A stretch of 64,000 nt of DNA from Chlorokybus atmophyticus (taxonomy: Eukaryota > Plantae > Mesostigma and Chlorokybus algae): NCBI GenBank assembly GCA_009103225.1, contig RHPI01002069.1, forward strand, positions 2,132,846-2,196,845. Direction: 5' to 3'. Positions 30,097 through 43,779 of this stretch are shown here, in pieces (position 1 is the first letter of the stretch; the number at the start of each line of letters is the position of its first letter). The position numbers were made by a program, and so were the translations under genes. Under the pieces are notes generated by a model. It was not told where the DNA came from. It worked only from the letters and a program-made list of their open reading frames with translations, and did no database searches.

Positions 30097-30644
30097 GGGC
30101 CATGTGCCAGCAGCAAGTCCTCGGAGTCTTGCGACATAACTTATGTAGCCTTGTTTATTCTTACCGTGAAACTGTGTACATAATGTGCAAGTGGCAGCGT
30201 CCTGCCGTGTAAAAATAATGTGCCAAGGTGTGCCAGTGTCAAAACAACTGCGCAGGTTTTGCTACCAAAGGGAATGGTGTTCATGCGAGACGCATGACAT
30301 AGGTCAATGTATGCTAACCACAATTATGCGATGCTGATTATATTGCATTAGCGCATGCGCATCAGACCCACAATCATTGCGTCTAAGGCACAGCAAAGGA
30401 CATGAATGCTGTTGATAGTTGCAGTACTTGCAAGCCTTCAAGTGCCTTGGGCTGACTGTGAAGTTGCACCCGAATGTGCGTGTAACCAAAACCCTGGTCA
30501 AGGAGTAGCAAGCTACACATGACTTCAATCTGGGCAAGTAGACCCAACAGTGTGCCACACATGCGCACACAAATGCGCGCGCGTGTGCACATGGCGAGCG
30601 CACAGCAAAGCGCAGCAACCGCCGATCCAGTCATAACAACGTCA

Positions 30645-33600
30645 TCAAGGCATGGCCTGCACGGCCAGCACGGCGCTCTTCACCTGCTTCTGAAGCATGT
30701 CTCCCGCGATGCGCTCAGCCGTCTGGTACCCGTGATCCATAGCTTTGCCCACTGCAAGCCCTCCCCTGTGGCTGCCTGCACAAGGAGGTATTGGTTGCAC
30801 ACAGAGTGTAACGATTGCGTGAACCAACAACGTGAGAGAACGATAAAAGCACCTGTGATGTAGAAGCCTGGGAGCTCCTTCTCAAGCTCTTCCATTGCCC
30901 TCAACACCTTGGCGTAACCCTTGGTGAACATTGGAAACGCTCGCTTCCAATGAATGTGTCTGTCAAGAAGACAACAACAGTCAAGCCTTCTGTGATACTT
31001 GCTCAGTCGCATTGAGTTGTGGCTTGTACCAACAAGCCACAACTTATCAATACACACCTGTGTAATAATGGGTAGTTTGTAAAGCACACAGCCAATCTAG
31101 AATGCTTGCCTGCAAAATAAGGGCCCTCCCTCGAGTCCGACCAACTTGCGCAAATCGGACATTGCATACTGCATCAACTCAAACCTGCGCCAACAGAAGG
31201 GTTGTTCTTAATGAACCATTCAACACAGCATCTCGGCACATTTCACGACGGATTAGGTTCTACCTTGGCCTGCTGGCCATGTCCGGGCTGCGAGTGCCGC
31301 CAACAAAAGTGGTCAGTAACACATGGCCCGGAGGGACTCTGTTGGGAAACATTGTGGAAGAGAGAAGGGTCCCTGTGATGTGACATAGTAACGTATGAAC
31401 CAGTTTCCCTCAAGCGACAACAGGTTGCGTATGCAATAATTACAATAGTCACCTAGAGTGTAGAGATTCTCTTTCTTTGGCAGCAGCACGCCAAAGCCTT
31501 CAAGAGGTCTTGTGATCTGATCCTCTTTGAACACCATCGCCAGCACTGACATGGGTGCGTACTTGATCTGTTTACAGGTATACAGGTAAGCAACATGTAG
31601 TGGTAAATAGCGTATGCATGCTTGCATGTGTAACTGCATTCATGTAGTTACACACGCAAGCATGCATACATGCAACAAATACTGTGCACTGCGCACATGG
31701 TGATAAAACTAGTACTGTATTAACAAGCACCTCTGGAAGCGTCTCCAGCGGTATGCGCTGGCCACGTTTTAGCAACTTCATTGTGCGGAAGTTGTGCCAG
31801 GGAGCCTGCGCACACAGCCAACTGGTAAATACTTGAACAGACACATGCATTACATAGGAGTCAACACACGTACAATGTGCTACAACAGAGACATGATATG
31901 GGCATGCAACACACGCGCGCGCGCGCACGCAAAATACAACAACACACCGCCATCACGACGCTGTCAAAGCTCAGCTGCTTGGGTTTTCTGCTGCCTGGAG
32001 GCGAGCAGGTCACGATCCACCTGCACGAAAGCGCACAACGGGGTTGTCAAAGTCGAGTGGCTTGAGACCGACATAGCTTATATGTGCTGCATGGGTGGGT
32101 GTAATTGTGTAATGCACTCGCCTTCCTGAAGTCTGGAGCTCCAAACCCGTCACAGGACACTCCATAAACATGTTTTCTCTCCCAATGCGCAACGCCAATG
32201 CATCCGGCAGAGTCTGCACATCATACAGAAGCACTGTGACCGAGTCCCATGCATGCCAAACTCTGTATTCCTCTAGATGGACTCGCTCACACAAAGGCAA
32301 GCACCTGCATGCATGTATACACATGCAGATGTGCCCATGTGTTTGCAAACTCCACGAGTATGCAAACACGATTTTGCGCACACACACACACACACGCACG
32401 CGCACCTGATACGCATGTATGCACACGCGTGAAAGTGTACCCACATTGTTTGGCGCGTACATGCCAGCATAACTGCACAACCCCACTCGCCTGCATGCCT
32501 CGCCGGAAGGAGAATGTGCCTTTCCTCTGCAGACGCCTAAGGCCCATGTCGAGGATGCCTCGGGGCCGGCCATCAGACTTGGCACCGAGAAATTTGGCCG
32601 CCATTTTCTTGAAAGGAGCAGAGGCGGCAGTAGCTAGAGCGCCAACCATCACGGAACCGTACCTGAAGTGTTTTGAGTCCCTTATGGGCTACGCATGCGA
32701 TCGTTTGTTGCTTTGGTCCATCCATATTCATACTGTTATCCATAGATCGCTCCATACTAAGAAGAGTTTTTCACTGAATACACAATTCTGACCGTTTTTT
32801 CAATCATGTAAAAATGTTACTAACTCATTTAATTGTGTGCGCGCTCAAACCTTCATGCAAGTACTCAGTGTTGCGAGTATGTTGACCGTTGTGCGTTGGC
32901 TTGCATGCATGCAATGAGAACAAGCATACCTCTCTTCAAGGGCAACTAACTGCGGGAACACATGGTTGACCTGCCAAATCATGAACAAGCTGCCATTAGC
33001 TTACGAGCAGAGAAGAAAAATGATTGCATCTCCATAAGCGCATGATATCACGAGTCTTACTGCCAAGATGTCGGGATCGCTGCCGTACACGCCCGCCAAG
33101 AATGGGTTCAACAAGTAGTCTACTGGCTGGCACAAGCAATTGAGTGAGCTTTACTGTCAGCATGTTCATAGCAGAGGTCAGATGCATAGCAGGTGGTACG
33201 CATGCCTCACCTCACGGCCGAAGTGGCGTTCCGCGAAGCTTGCAACACTGTGGACATGATGACGCCACTATTAGGAACAACGAGAGTTGTCAAAAGACCT
33301 TTGCAGACATGGGAAAACATCGCCAACGCACACAAGTGCATAGTATGGCATCACTTCTGTACCTTTCGTCCTCCTCGGTAACACCCTTCAGCTTCTGCTT
33401 GGGTCTCCTTTTCCACTTGAACGGCTCCAAAAGTATCCGCATCTGCTCGAAACCAATGCTTAATCCAAACGGCAACAAAGACCAACATCACAACAGTACA
33501 CACAAACCTACCTTAGCTTCAGTCGATAGCAGGGGAGTGGTGATGAAGGAAAGAGGAGAATCTGGCCGCTGCAAGTATGACACAATTGTTGTTGGTACAT

Positions 33601-34843
33601 TGACTTTGCAGGTCATGCTGACTGCCTGCAATGGTCTGCATAATTGCTACAGAGTCGCATGTTCTTGCATTGGCATCCTACCTGGATGACTTTCTTGTTG
33701 CGCATAAGAAACTGCTGTCGCGACATTGGAGGCTGCAAGAGCAAACAACAACATTGCATTACACAAAGCTTTACGTGTCACAAACAAAATGCATGCTATT
33801 ACGCAGTAACTTACAAACATCTGGTAATCGTCAAGAGACAAGTCCGAGATGATATTCGCCACATTTTGCGTTGTTTCAACCTGCGGTTCATGCCACTGTT
33901 CATACACGTATCTACCGACATGGCTACAACGCCTCGTTTGAGCCTCAAAAATGCAGTTGCGAGCAGCGCATTACAATCATACCATTGAGTTCGGCCCCGC
34001 CTCCCACAAGATATCCTCTTCAGAGTACGTGCGAATGGCCCCGCCAGGCCTCTCATTCAGTCCGAACACCACCACTTTGGCACCCGCGCGCGCGAGCGCA
34101 TACGCCGCAGTCAAACCGCTGTGACATAAATAACATCAAGCTTTGATGTCATAGGGTGGTTGTGTACATGACAGCTGCAAGCACGATGTACGTATGCCTC
34201 ACCTGATGCCAGCGCCCACGACAGCAACCGAGCCCAAGTCCAGGTTGGGCAGCGGACCTGCAGTAAACAACAAGAATGCTGTCATGTAGAGCCTTGTGAA
34301 AAAGGTTGGTTGAAAGTGTCATGAACGCACGTCTGGCATGCAAGCAAACAACCACATAGACACAAAAACAAATAGACAAGCAGTTGCATCCATTACTCAC
34401 GCACGCTTGCATGCCTGCATGCACAGGCAGGCAGGCAGGCAGGCAGGCATGTAAGCAGGCACACCAATATAGAAATACATGCATACTACATGAAACTGTT
34501 GAAACCAAGCTACAAGCAATTAAGTAAACAAACAACGGGATGAGTAGGGAGAGGGGCATCACAACTGCTTCCGTTACGGCGAAGAGCAGGGGTTTCACTT
34601 ACACGGGGGATACGTACCAACTTTGGGCGGCCCAGACAAAAGCGCAAACACCCTATTCCTTACTCCTTCGACAAGCACCCGCCTCTTCATGGCACGGTAG
34701 TGGCTCTCCATCGCACGCTGCCGCTTCGCCGCCTCCGCCGCAATGAGGGCCCATCTCTCATCTAATGAGACCTTTGCTCCCGCACCTTTCGCATTGTAAC
34801 TGCTGCTTGCCGGCATGGCTTCCTTGTTCGCACTTAATGCCAT
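30645..34843 (-). CDS. PPO: Protoporphyrinogen IX oxidase (HemY type, PPO2-like) with an N-terminal extension
   Basis: FAD motif VAVVGAGIS/GLTAAY, WEAGPNSM, ESVASFAERHFGRE, LLNPFLAGVYGSDP, KGTFSFRRGMQ/TLPDAL, LEGFGVLLP..LG/TLLFSTMFPNRVP, HWKRAFP, GSHRGGLAVGKAM; stop at 30645. Confidence 0.93.
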
Positions 34844-35852
34844 TCAATTGATGCGTGCTGCAAACTTTGGTGTGCCGGAATGTGGGCTGTCAACATGCTG
34901 ATGACCATGATGATGACGGTGCTGAAAGTGGATGTGCGCTTGAGCTTTGCCGTGGTGTTGATGGCTGCATGTTGTCAAAAGCGGTGAATACTGGCTGTAG
35001 TTGTCGTGTCCAGTACTTGTGGTTGCTGTGTCTATTTTGCTGTGGCAACACAACAAATAAGACAATGTGCACCAGCTGTCGAGCCGGTTTCTGGAAGTGG
35101 GGAGAAGTGACAGCTGGAGTGGTAAAGCATGCCACTGGGCTGCCAGTCAACCATGCCATTCACCATTTGCATCTTAGCATGGCGCAATTCACCAGATTCC
35201 ACCCAACTTGATGCGTAAGATACCATGACACACAGGGCAGGGCCCTAAAACAATACACACGGCAGATCCAACAGGTGTTGCTTGTGAGCAGAACTAGCCA
35301 GTGTAACGTTGAGCGCTTGCATACGCCGTTGCGCACCGTAAAACGTGCGCATGTCAGAGAATACCCAAATTGTGCATGCCAGTGGAATCGCTACTTCTCT
35401 GATTACACACTGCATACATGTATGAAATTCAGCAGGCATGTGGTTGTGAAGTGCAGTAGCTCATGCGCAATGCATTGCAAGTAGAGCTAAGGGTTTGGGT
35501 TTTGCAGCTCAGCAGGAGGGAAGGGGCTGAAGCGTGTGAGCTACCTCGCCATTGCGGCATGCATTGCGTAACGTGCTGCCGAGTTGGCATGCCAGGTACC
35601 TGTTTATTCGTTCAGGAGCGCAAGCACTTGCACCTGGTGCTCCTGCTTCTCCTCCTCCGCCGCCGCCGTCGCCGCCGCCAGCTGCCACGTGGAAGCAGGT
35701 GATGGAGCGGATAAGAACGGTGATTAGACGACATAACGTAATGTGCCATGTCAAATGATAGGCTAACGTTATGCAAAAGAGCCGTTGGAGATCCATGCAT
35801 TTAAAACTTGCGTCAAATTTTCTATGGGAAGGGTCATGGTCCATGACACATG

Positions 35853-36855
35853 GACCATGACTCACCCTCTTAATACTCATGGACATGCTCTCTGATGTAG
35901 TGTGCTGAGTAATGCACAACATCTCGTGCGGTAAGAACCCCATCATTGATAAAACATCATGCGCATATCGTACAACATGATTAAACATGAGCTATTTGTC
36001 GAAGTGTGACGTATATACGGTTATTAAAAACGTTGTTTTAACTATGTATGTATTTTATATACACTGCCATTTTCTTAGACACTAGTTCTATCGTTGAAGT
36101 GAGTTTATTGTGATTACTAACATTACTAACATTATTTACATTATTGTTTAAGTATGTGTGAAGACGCACGTACATATGTACATGGTATTACACATCAACA
36201 GTCCACTTATGCAAGTTGCATGAAAACTGTTGAATTCAACAATATATACAATAGTTTTTGGGAGTCATGTACACATTGCTATTTATGCATCATTATATAT
36301 ATAATCATGAAATACGAGGCATAAAGCGGAACATATCAATAGTCATCGTGACCATGACTCACCCTCTTAATACTCATGGACATGCTCTTTGATGTAGTGT
36401 GCTGAGTAATGCACAACATCTCGTGCGGTAAGAACCCCATCATTGATAAAACATCATGCGCATATTGTACAACATGATTAAACATGAGCTATTTGTCGAA
36501 TTGAACGAAGTGTGACGCATATACGGTTATTAAAAACGTTGTTTTAACTATGTATGTATTTTATATACACTGCCATTTTCTTAGACACTAGTTCTATCGT
36601 TGAAGTGAGTTTATTGTGATTACTAACATTACTAACATTATTTACATTATTGTTTAAGTATGTGTGAAGACGCACGTACATATGTACATGGTATTACACA
36701 TCATCAGTCCACTTATGCAAGTTGCATGAAAACTGTTGAATTCAACAATATATACAATAGTTTTTGAGAGTCATGTACACATTGCTATTTATGCATCATT
36801 ATATATATAATCGTGAAATACGAGGCATAAAGCGGAACATATCAATAGTCATCGT
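35853..36855. repeat. Head-to-tail duplication of an AT-rich unit of about 500 bp
   Basis: Copy 1 35853-36349, copy 2 36350-36855; near-identical with a few substitutions and a 9-bp indel (near 36500). Confidence 0.92.
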
Positions 36856-38384
36856 TTTAAATAACGTATGTGCAGTAGACATCCAAACTACCATAGATTT
36901 ATGGGTTTCAAGGCTGTGTTGAAAAATTATGACACATGACGTATGTACTTACATGTGGATGAAGAGGCTGAGCTTTGGCAATAAGTCACTTGAAAAGATA
37001 CAACTATATATATATATATATGTATGTATATATATCAATGATGTCTACACAAAGTAGATATATAAACTTTAGATATATTCTTAACAATGGGTAATTTCAA
37101 CACGTTAGCTTGCACTCGCTATCGTTAACTGAAGAAGGTTCCGATTTGCATTAGAATTACAAATTACAGAAATGGGCTACATTGTGATTACAAGTAGCAA
37201 TTACCAGTAAAACGGGAGACTTGCAAACGAATGGAAATTGGTCACCCATCATTATACATTGATACATTAATATGCATCGATTGATATGAGGTGCAAGCAC
37301 GCACGTCGCAATCTTTCGTTGCGGGTTGAGGAGATTATCAACATACGAGTATCACATGATTGTTATTCTTGCATGGTACATTGGTATCATGATTAAAATT
37401 ACAACATCGCGATGTTCGCATGTTCGACACGTATTCTTTCATTAAAAGTCACAATCTCTGTATAAAACATCACACATTGTAGCATTGTCATAATCTCACA
37501 ATTTTGTCTATTTATCCAACGCACACCCACAAGTGCTGAACTAAAAATCGAAGCAAGCATAATAACAAGACAACGCCAAAACCTGCAACAACGCAACACA
37601 TAAAACTAGGCCTGCATGTAACCTCTAGCTGCATACTCGTTCAATCTTTGTCTGGTGCACCTTTCAACACTGCTATGGCAAGCTTCTTTGTCACTTTACA
37701 CCCACATGAGGTAGTGTAGAGAAAGGGGGGGCCAGATTGCATAGGTCCACAAGCACATCAACTCATTACAAAACAAGCAGCACATCAACCAACTAGCTAT
37801 ACACAACTACATGGGCTTGGGTCTATGTGCAAGTGCGGAATAGGTAGAGCAGCAGCAGCAGCAGCAGGACAGCAAGGACGGAGCTGCAGCAAGTACTTGT
37901 AGAAGTGCACAGAGAAACACAGAGGGAGAGGGAGAGGGAGAGGTTAGACCGCGAGCAGGACGACCAACACCACGACCGTGCTCAAGACAACCAGCCCCCG
38001 CCACTGTCAGCCACACAGTGGCCACTTATCCCACTGTCACAACACAACTCACAAAGGCTGCAGCCTTTTCACATGACTGTTAGTAGCGTTGAAACAGGCA
38101 GGCAATCAGGCAAGCAATCAGGCAGGCAATCAGGCAGGCTATACAGTCTCATGAACAGCGGGCATAGAGTGCTCCGCACAGGTTTTGCAGTGTGTATGAG
38201 TGTGAGTGCCACATACCAGAAACCACCACAACTGCAAAGGCGACAGCCAGTTGTGCTGACGTCGTACATGCAAGCTTTTCAATCACAGAAATGATGCAAC
38301 AATACAAAGCGCAAGCCACAAACCACAACTTGTAGTCAACACAGCCAGGCAAAGCGGAGAACTTTACTATATGCTTGCTGCGAG

Positions 38385-38560
38385 GCAGCTAACCCTAATT
38401 GGCCGATCGCTATCAATGGCATGCATTGTAGCGGGCGGAGAAGGTGGCGGAGGCGGCGGCGCCATAGAGGAGGGCGGGGGAGTCTTAGGAGTTTGCTGTT
38501 GTTGATACTGTAGAGGCTGACCAGTAATCACAGCCGCGGTGCAGGTAATGGCACGACCAT
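38385..38560 (+). repeat. Telo-box plus GC-rich segment X, diverged homolog of 45375-45545
   Basis: AACCCTAA..GGCGGCGGC..GGGGGAGT..TGCTG..AGGCTGACC..TAA.CACAGCCG..GCAGGT..AATGG shared with 45375-45545. Confidence 0.6.
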
Positions 38561-38743
38561 GCATGCCTGCATGTTTAATGGGGTTGAGCTAGTAGTGAAC
38601 TTCACTTCAAACACTACTGGCTCATTAAGAATAAACACAGGCAAAAGGTCCAGGAACATGGCCATGCCTAACCAAAACACGCACACTTACGCTAGCGCGC
38701 GAGCACACGACGTGTGCCACACGTACACATGCAATGCAAAGTA

Positions 38744-38963
38744 CTATATCCTACGCGAAGCGCCAACGAGGACAGCGTCTTCCTCCGCCGTTGCGGGCAC
38801 CGTCCGCAGCGGCGCCCAGCCCGGGACCGCTGCCACCGCTGCTGCTCCGCGCTCCAGCTGCGCCAGACCCTGCGCTCGCTGCAGCGCGCGCGCACGCCAC
38901 CCGTTGCCGGTACATTGCGACAAAACCGCTCAAACGCCCCAGCGCCAGGCCACGGTGTTGAAT
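38744..38963 (-). mobile_element. 5'-truncated non-LTR retrotransposon 3' end (RLE-type), copy 1
   Basis: Across one frameshift translates to QHRGLALGRLSGFVAMYRQRVACA..LQRAQGLAQLERGAAAVAAVPGWAPLRTVPATAEEDAVLVGASRRI*, homologous to 46752-47400. Confidence 0.65.
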
Positions 38964-39331
38964 CGTGTGAAGGTAGGTAGTAGGTGGACTGCCCGGTGGT
39001 GAATCTGAGTGCTTTATAGTGTGGTGCATTGCTTGCTTTGCATGCTGGAGATAACACTGTGGGTGTCGTACTTTGCATGCCGGCATAGTAGCATACCCCT
39101 TTTGTGTCCACCTGGTATCGCGTAGCCACAAGCACCTGCGACTCCATTGGGGAAGCAGGCACCACATCGCAGGGCAAACGGAATGGTAGCCATAATCACA
39201 ATGCTGACTATGTATGCTTCAACGTTAAGGGTCTTTTGTACAAAGCCAATTAGGCGAACAACCTAGTGTGCAGTTGCAACTAACGCAACCGAAGGCTACA
39301 ACCGCTGCTCACACAAGAATCCTCACCAAGC

Positions 39332-41793
39332 TTAGAACTTCCAAGACTTGGGCAGGATCAGATTCTTGACCCACATGTACCACGGCACGACAAAGTAGTA
39401 AAAGCCGCCAACAAGCCCAGCAATGAAGGCGAGCGAAAACTGCAGCGGGTTCATCTTCTTGGGGGTGGGCAGCGGGCCCAACTTCAACAGGGATGGCCCA
39501 CCAGCGGGCTTCACTCCCGTCACTGAGCAACCCATGATGAGGCCTAAATGCCTGTCAACACCAAGCAGCAGAGAGGTCAGCTGCGCACTGATGCCTACAA
39601 CATATTGCGGCAGCTGAAGATGCCTGTGTGCACTAAGTCGCAAATGTCTGCGAGGATGTGCACCAGCAATGACAACGCCACTTCTGGGAAATGCATACCG
39701 TGCGCCGCGATACCACTTGGGGCCGATGCGTTTCAACTCGACATTTGTGAATCCGGCATTGGTGTACCAGTCAATGTACTCCTGCTCTGTTGGGAACAGC
39801 ATCCACATGTCCGCGAACACTCTTGCGAGCCAGTAGGTGGGGTAGACTGGGCCGATGATGCACGCCACACCACCGGGCTTTATCACTCTATAAGCCTCCG
39901 TGATGCCCCGCTGTGGATCAGGCCAGTACTCAATGCTGCAAAGAAGAAAGAGGGAATTGTTGCCAACACCACCAGTCAAACGTTTCTGCAAGCACCTACA
40001 TGTACCTCTGTTACATGCGCATGTGTGTGCTCATGCGTAAGCATGGGCTCGGGCACACCCACTTGAACACATGCATGCATATGTGCACTGGGTTATGGGT
40101 TGATGGCAAGTGCTTGTTGACAAACACACCGCCGGCAGTACATAAGGTGATAAAGATGTGTACACTCCATGCTTAGTGCTGTACACATACCTGCCAGCGG
40201 AAACATAACGGTCAAACTGATCAGTTGCAAACGGGAGGTTCTCTGCATCCCCTTCCATAATGGTCACATCTTTCAGCGGAGCCTTGTTCTTTGCTTTGGC
40301 AAGCTGCACACAAACGAAACAAAAGTGCATGTACCACATCAGCCTTGACGACACATGCTGCTTGTTATAACTCACCCAGTATCTGTAAGATACGAAATGG
40401 ACATGCAGCCAACTCTCTCAATTTCACAACAGATCGCCAATGCTCGTGTGCTCTTCCTCAACTATACCTGGTGGGGTGACTGATCAATGAGGATGACATT
40501 CTTGGCATCAACGGACTTGACAACGCCGAGGGTGCAAAAACCAGTGCCGCCACCGACATCAACTACAGTCAGGTCTCTCCTATCAAGTTGAGCTGGCTCC
40601 AAGGCATCATCGCGCATGTCTTCCGTCCTGTCAAACGCAGCACGTGCAGCTTCAATGCAAGCAGTAGGAGAGAAGGTTGTCCATTAGCGTGCTTGCTTGT
40701 GCAACGAGCATTTTTGTAATGAAAGATCAGTAGCAACAGCATTGCAGCCCAGTTTACTGACGTTGTTTGGAAGCAACGGCTGGACGTACCAGTGGCCAGG
40801 GTTGACAATCTTATCGTACACTATGGACAAGAATCGGTAGAACCAGAAGGCTGTTTGCTTCTCTTGCATGTACCTGAACACAGCAATATATTTTAACACC
40901 AAATGCAGAGAGATTCATAGCATTGACGTTACAGCAGCCATGCCATGCACCAAACCAGCACATCACACCAGCAATTGAACAGCAACACATGCGCGAACTG
41001 TCCTCCTGCAGTGCTGAAGTGCGTGACATTGGTGCAACCAAAGCACACCACTCCTCTTGCAACAACTTCAGCACGCACAACACTGCAAAGGCAGTGGTAG
41101 TGAAGCAGATGCCAGTAACCAATGCTGAGAAAACAAGGGTTGACTTCGAGTAAAATTGAACAAAACAATTGGCATGCATTTGTACATAGGTTTAAACCAC
41201 TGACCCGCTGCATGGGCACGTAAACAAAATATCCCGCTGCACAAGTTGGTCTGCGGCGCACATTTGATCGAGTAATCATAGTCGTTTCACGGGTTGGACA
41301 CTAGCGGAGACGTCAAGCCGACTAAAATGACACTCTGAGTACTCAGCAAGCACGCATCGCCATGCAGTTTTGGCATGCAGCTGCTACTGGCGTTGCATGC
41401 TAACAAGCTAGGTACATGCAGCGAGCATGTAGTGCGGCGCAAGCATGCAACACGCAATTGCTTGTCGACGCACGCACGGAGCAATGCAGCTGTCGCAACA
41501 GCCGCACGGGCGTACCGTGGCTGCGCAGTTCGGCTGCTTTCTGTGGCCAACGAGCACACAGTCATAGACCGCCTTGCCATGCGCGGCTGTCCAGCCTGCC
41601 GACTCCGCGGCTTGCTTGCGCCATGGGCAGACTGCCGCAAGGGAGCGCCTGCGAGGGCGCCGCCTCGCAGGGAACCACATGCGGTAGGCGCATGTAGGCT
41701 TGCCCGGAAAGGCCTCGACGGCGCTGCCGACACGCTTAACCTGGGGTAGGGGCTCAGCGACACCGCCGTCGCCGTTGCCGCCGCCCCCGCCAT
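39332..41793 (-). CDS. VTE3: MPBQ/MSBQ methyltransferase (tocopherol and plastoquinone synthesis), plastid-targeted
   Basis: Ala/Ser/Arg-rich transit peptide; AFWFYRFLSIVYDKIVNPGHW/TEDMRDDALEP; VVDVGGGTGFCTLG; DQSPHQ/LAKAK; EGDAENLPF..DRYVSAG/SIEYWPDPQRGI; LFPTEQEYIDWY..IGPKWYRGAR/RHLGLIMGCSVTGVK; C-terminal membrane segment. Confidence 0.96.
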
Positions 41794-43779
41794 GGCCACG
41801 CCCATGCAGAGAGCCTCAGGTTTGGCGGTGCAATCCGCGAGTAGCATGCTGTCGACGTCGCTGCCCTCCCGTGGATTCGGCCGGCGCGCCGCAGCGTGCG
41901 TCGCTCCCGCATTTGCCGTTTCCATGCCTTGCTGGAAAGTGCGGGAGAGCAGAGATTAGAAGATTTCGTCGTCCGCGTTGGCAATCATGTGACAGTTGAA
42001 TCTGTACGTGGTACTGTAGTAGGCAGCCTACCATAAGCTAAACCACCCACCCACCCACAAATGGTGCTTGCACACATCACACCTATCCTGCATCATCAGG
42101 CTGCCAGAGTGCATCCTACATGCTAGTACAATATCATCTTGTTTGCTCACATGATGGATGGGCAAATATGATGTTGACATCTGGTTGTGCATCGACCAAG
42201 CTTTGACACGGATATCGCACCATGCACTATGTTGACATTACATGTTTCGTCCAATAGCTGGTGTCACCTCTCCCCCTGCCTCCCCTCGTGCACAACACAA
42301 GTGCATAAACATATAGCATAGCAGACATTGTAAGTAAGGTGCACAGTTGAAGTTGGTTGTAATCATTACACAACAAAAACATACAATGTGTTTCGACGAT
42401 ATGATAATAATGATGACATGTTACTATTGTCACATGATTTTTGCTGCAACATTGTATGCTCTTGAATCACAGGACCACGGGCGATTTAATGTCGTGGCGC
42501 ATTCAATTAAAGGGTTCCGCATAGATTGTCGCAATTATTATCAGCCATATCAGCAAACATGCATAATGTACGCGAGAGAATTATGTGCATGTAGCTCTTC
42601 GGGGGCGTGAGCTTAAGGCATGAGGTACAAAGAGGCTAGAGAGGGTAGGAGGAGGGTTGTTATTGTTGCAATCTTGTTCTTGCTGTTGCTTATTAAGCGC
42701 ATTTTTTCGTGCATAGCATTTCATAAACTTCACGGGATAATTGCATATATTCAAAGCCGCCGCAAATCGCAGCTTTTACGAAATAAGTAGTGTGTATGCC
42801 AATGCCATGGTGATTGAATAATTTATGGAGATTGAGACATGGAGGGGGGGGGGGGGGGGTTTTTCNCTTGCTGTTGCTTATTAAGCGCATTTTTTCGTGC
42901 ATAGCATTTCATAAACTTCACGGGATAATTGCATATATTCAAAGCCGCCGCAAATCGCAGCTTTTACGAAATAAGTAGTGTGTATGCCAATGCCATGGTG
43001 ATTGAATAATTTATGGAGATTGAGACATGGAGGGGGGGGGGGGGGTATTTTTCAGATACAATAGGACGATATAATGTTTTCCAATCACGAGCAACAAGCT
43101 TTGTTTCTTACCATGTCAAGTTTATACTAATTTTAAATACGAAGCAAGCGCGCATTGCAAAGCTAATGTACCAACGCCGGCACATGACAAAAAGGCATAC
43201 GTCACTTGATAAGAAATCTCTTCGCAACTTGTATTAACACAAAGATATAGTCATGATTTCGTATTTGTAAGTGTAAGAAGCATATTGCAACTGTGTGCAT
43301 ATGCATAATACGAGTGTGACACGTGCATTGAATATGGTCACACGCGCACCTATACAGTACTGCATGACATTTATATATATATTACTTTTAATGTTTGTAA
43401 TGTTGACACGATAATCCGGTTAAGGTTATAAGTTGGCTGGTGTCCCCATAGTCACAACAGAGGGAAGTACAAGCTTGCCCGCGATGACATGCCTACCACA
43501 AGCACTCGTAACCATATTACACGGTATCCAATCTCGCATATGGGGCACCATGCGAGAATATGGTATGTGATGATATAATCGCCATAAGATAGCACCGTGT
43601 GCTACCATGGTGTTGCGACGGCTGTCTGATAATCACCCCCTTTTATGTACAGCAAGCCTCAAACTTATCTACAAGTCAGTAGCAAACCTTAGTTCGCTAC
43701 TAACGGTTGATACTGTACATGCCATAATCGCCTTTCGCCGAGTTACCGGCTACTCAACAATTCGGGGTTCAGGTACAAA

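Noticed and set aside
37800-38350. Possible small minus-strand membrane-protein exons
   Set aside because: I could not join them in a consistent frame; low-complexity CAG, GAGAGG and CAGG repeats explain the ORFs.
41287-41925. 212-aa ORF as the true VTE3 N-terminus
   Set aside because: It reads through an intron; the ATG at 41793 gives a normal transit peptide and splices after QPR to the conserved domain.
42680-43045. Apparent ~185-bp tandem duplication
   Set aside because: The two copies look identical apart from G-run length and are joined at a single N (42866); most likely an unmerged contig overlap.
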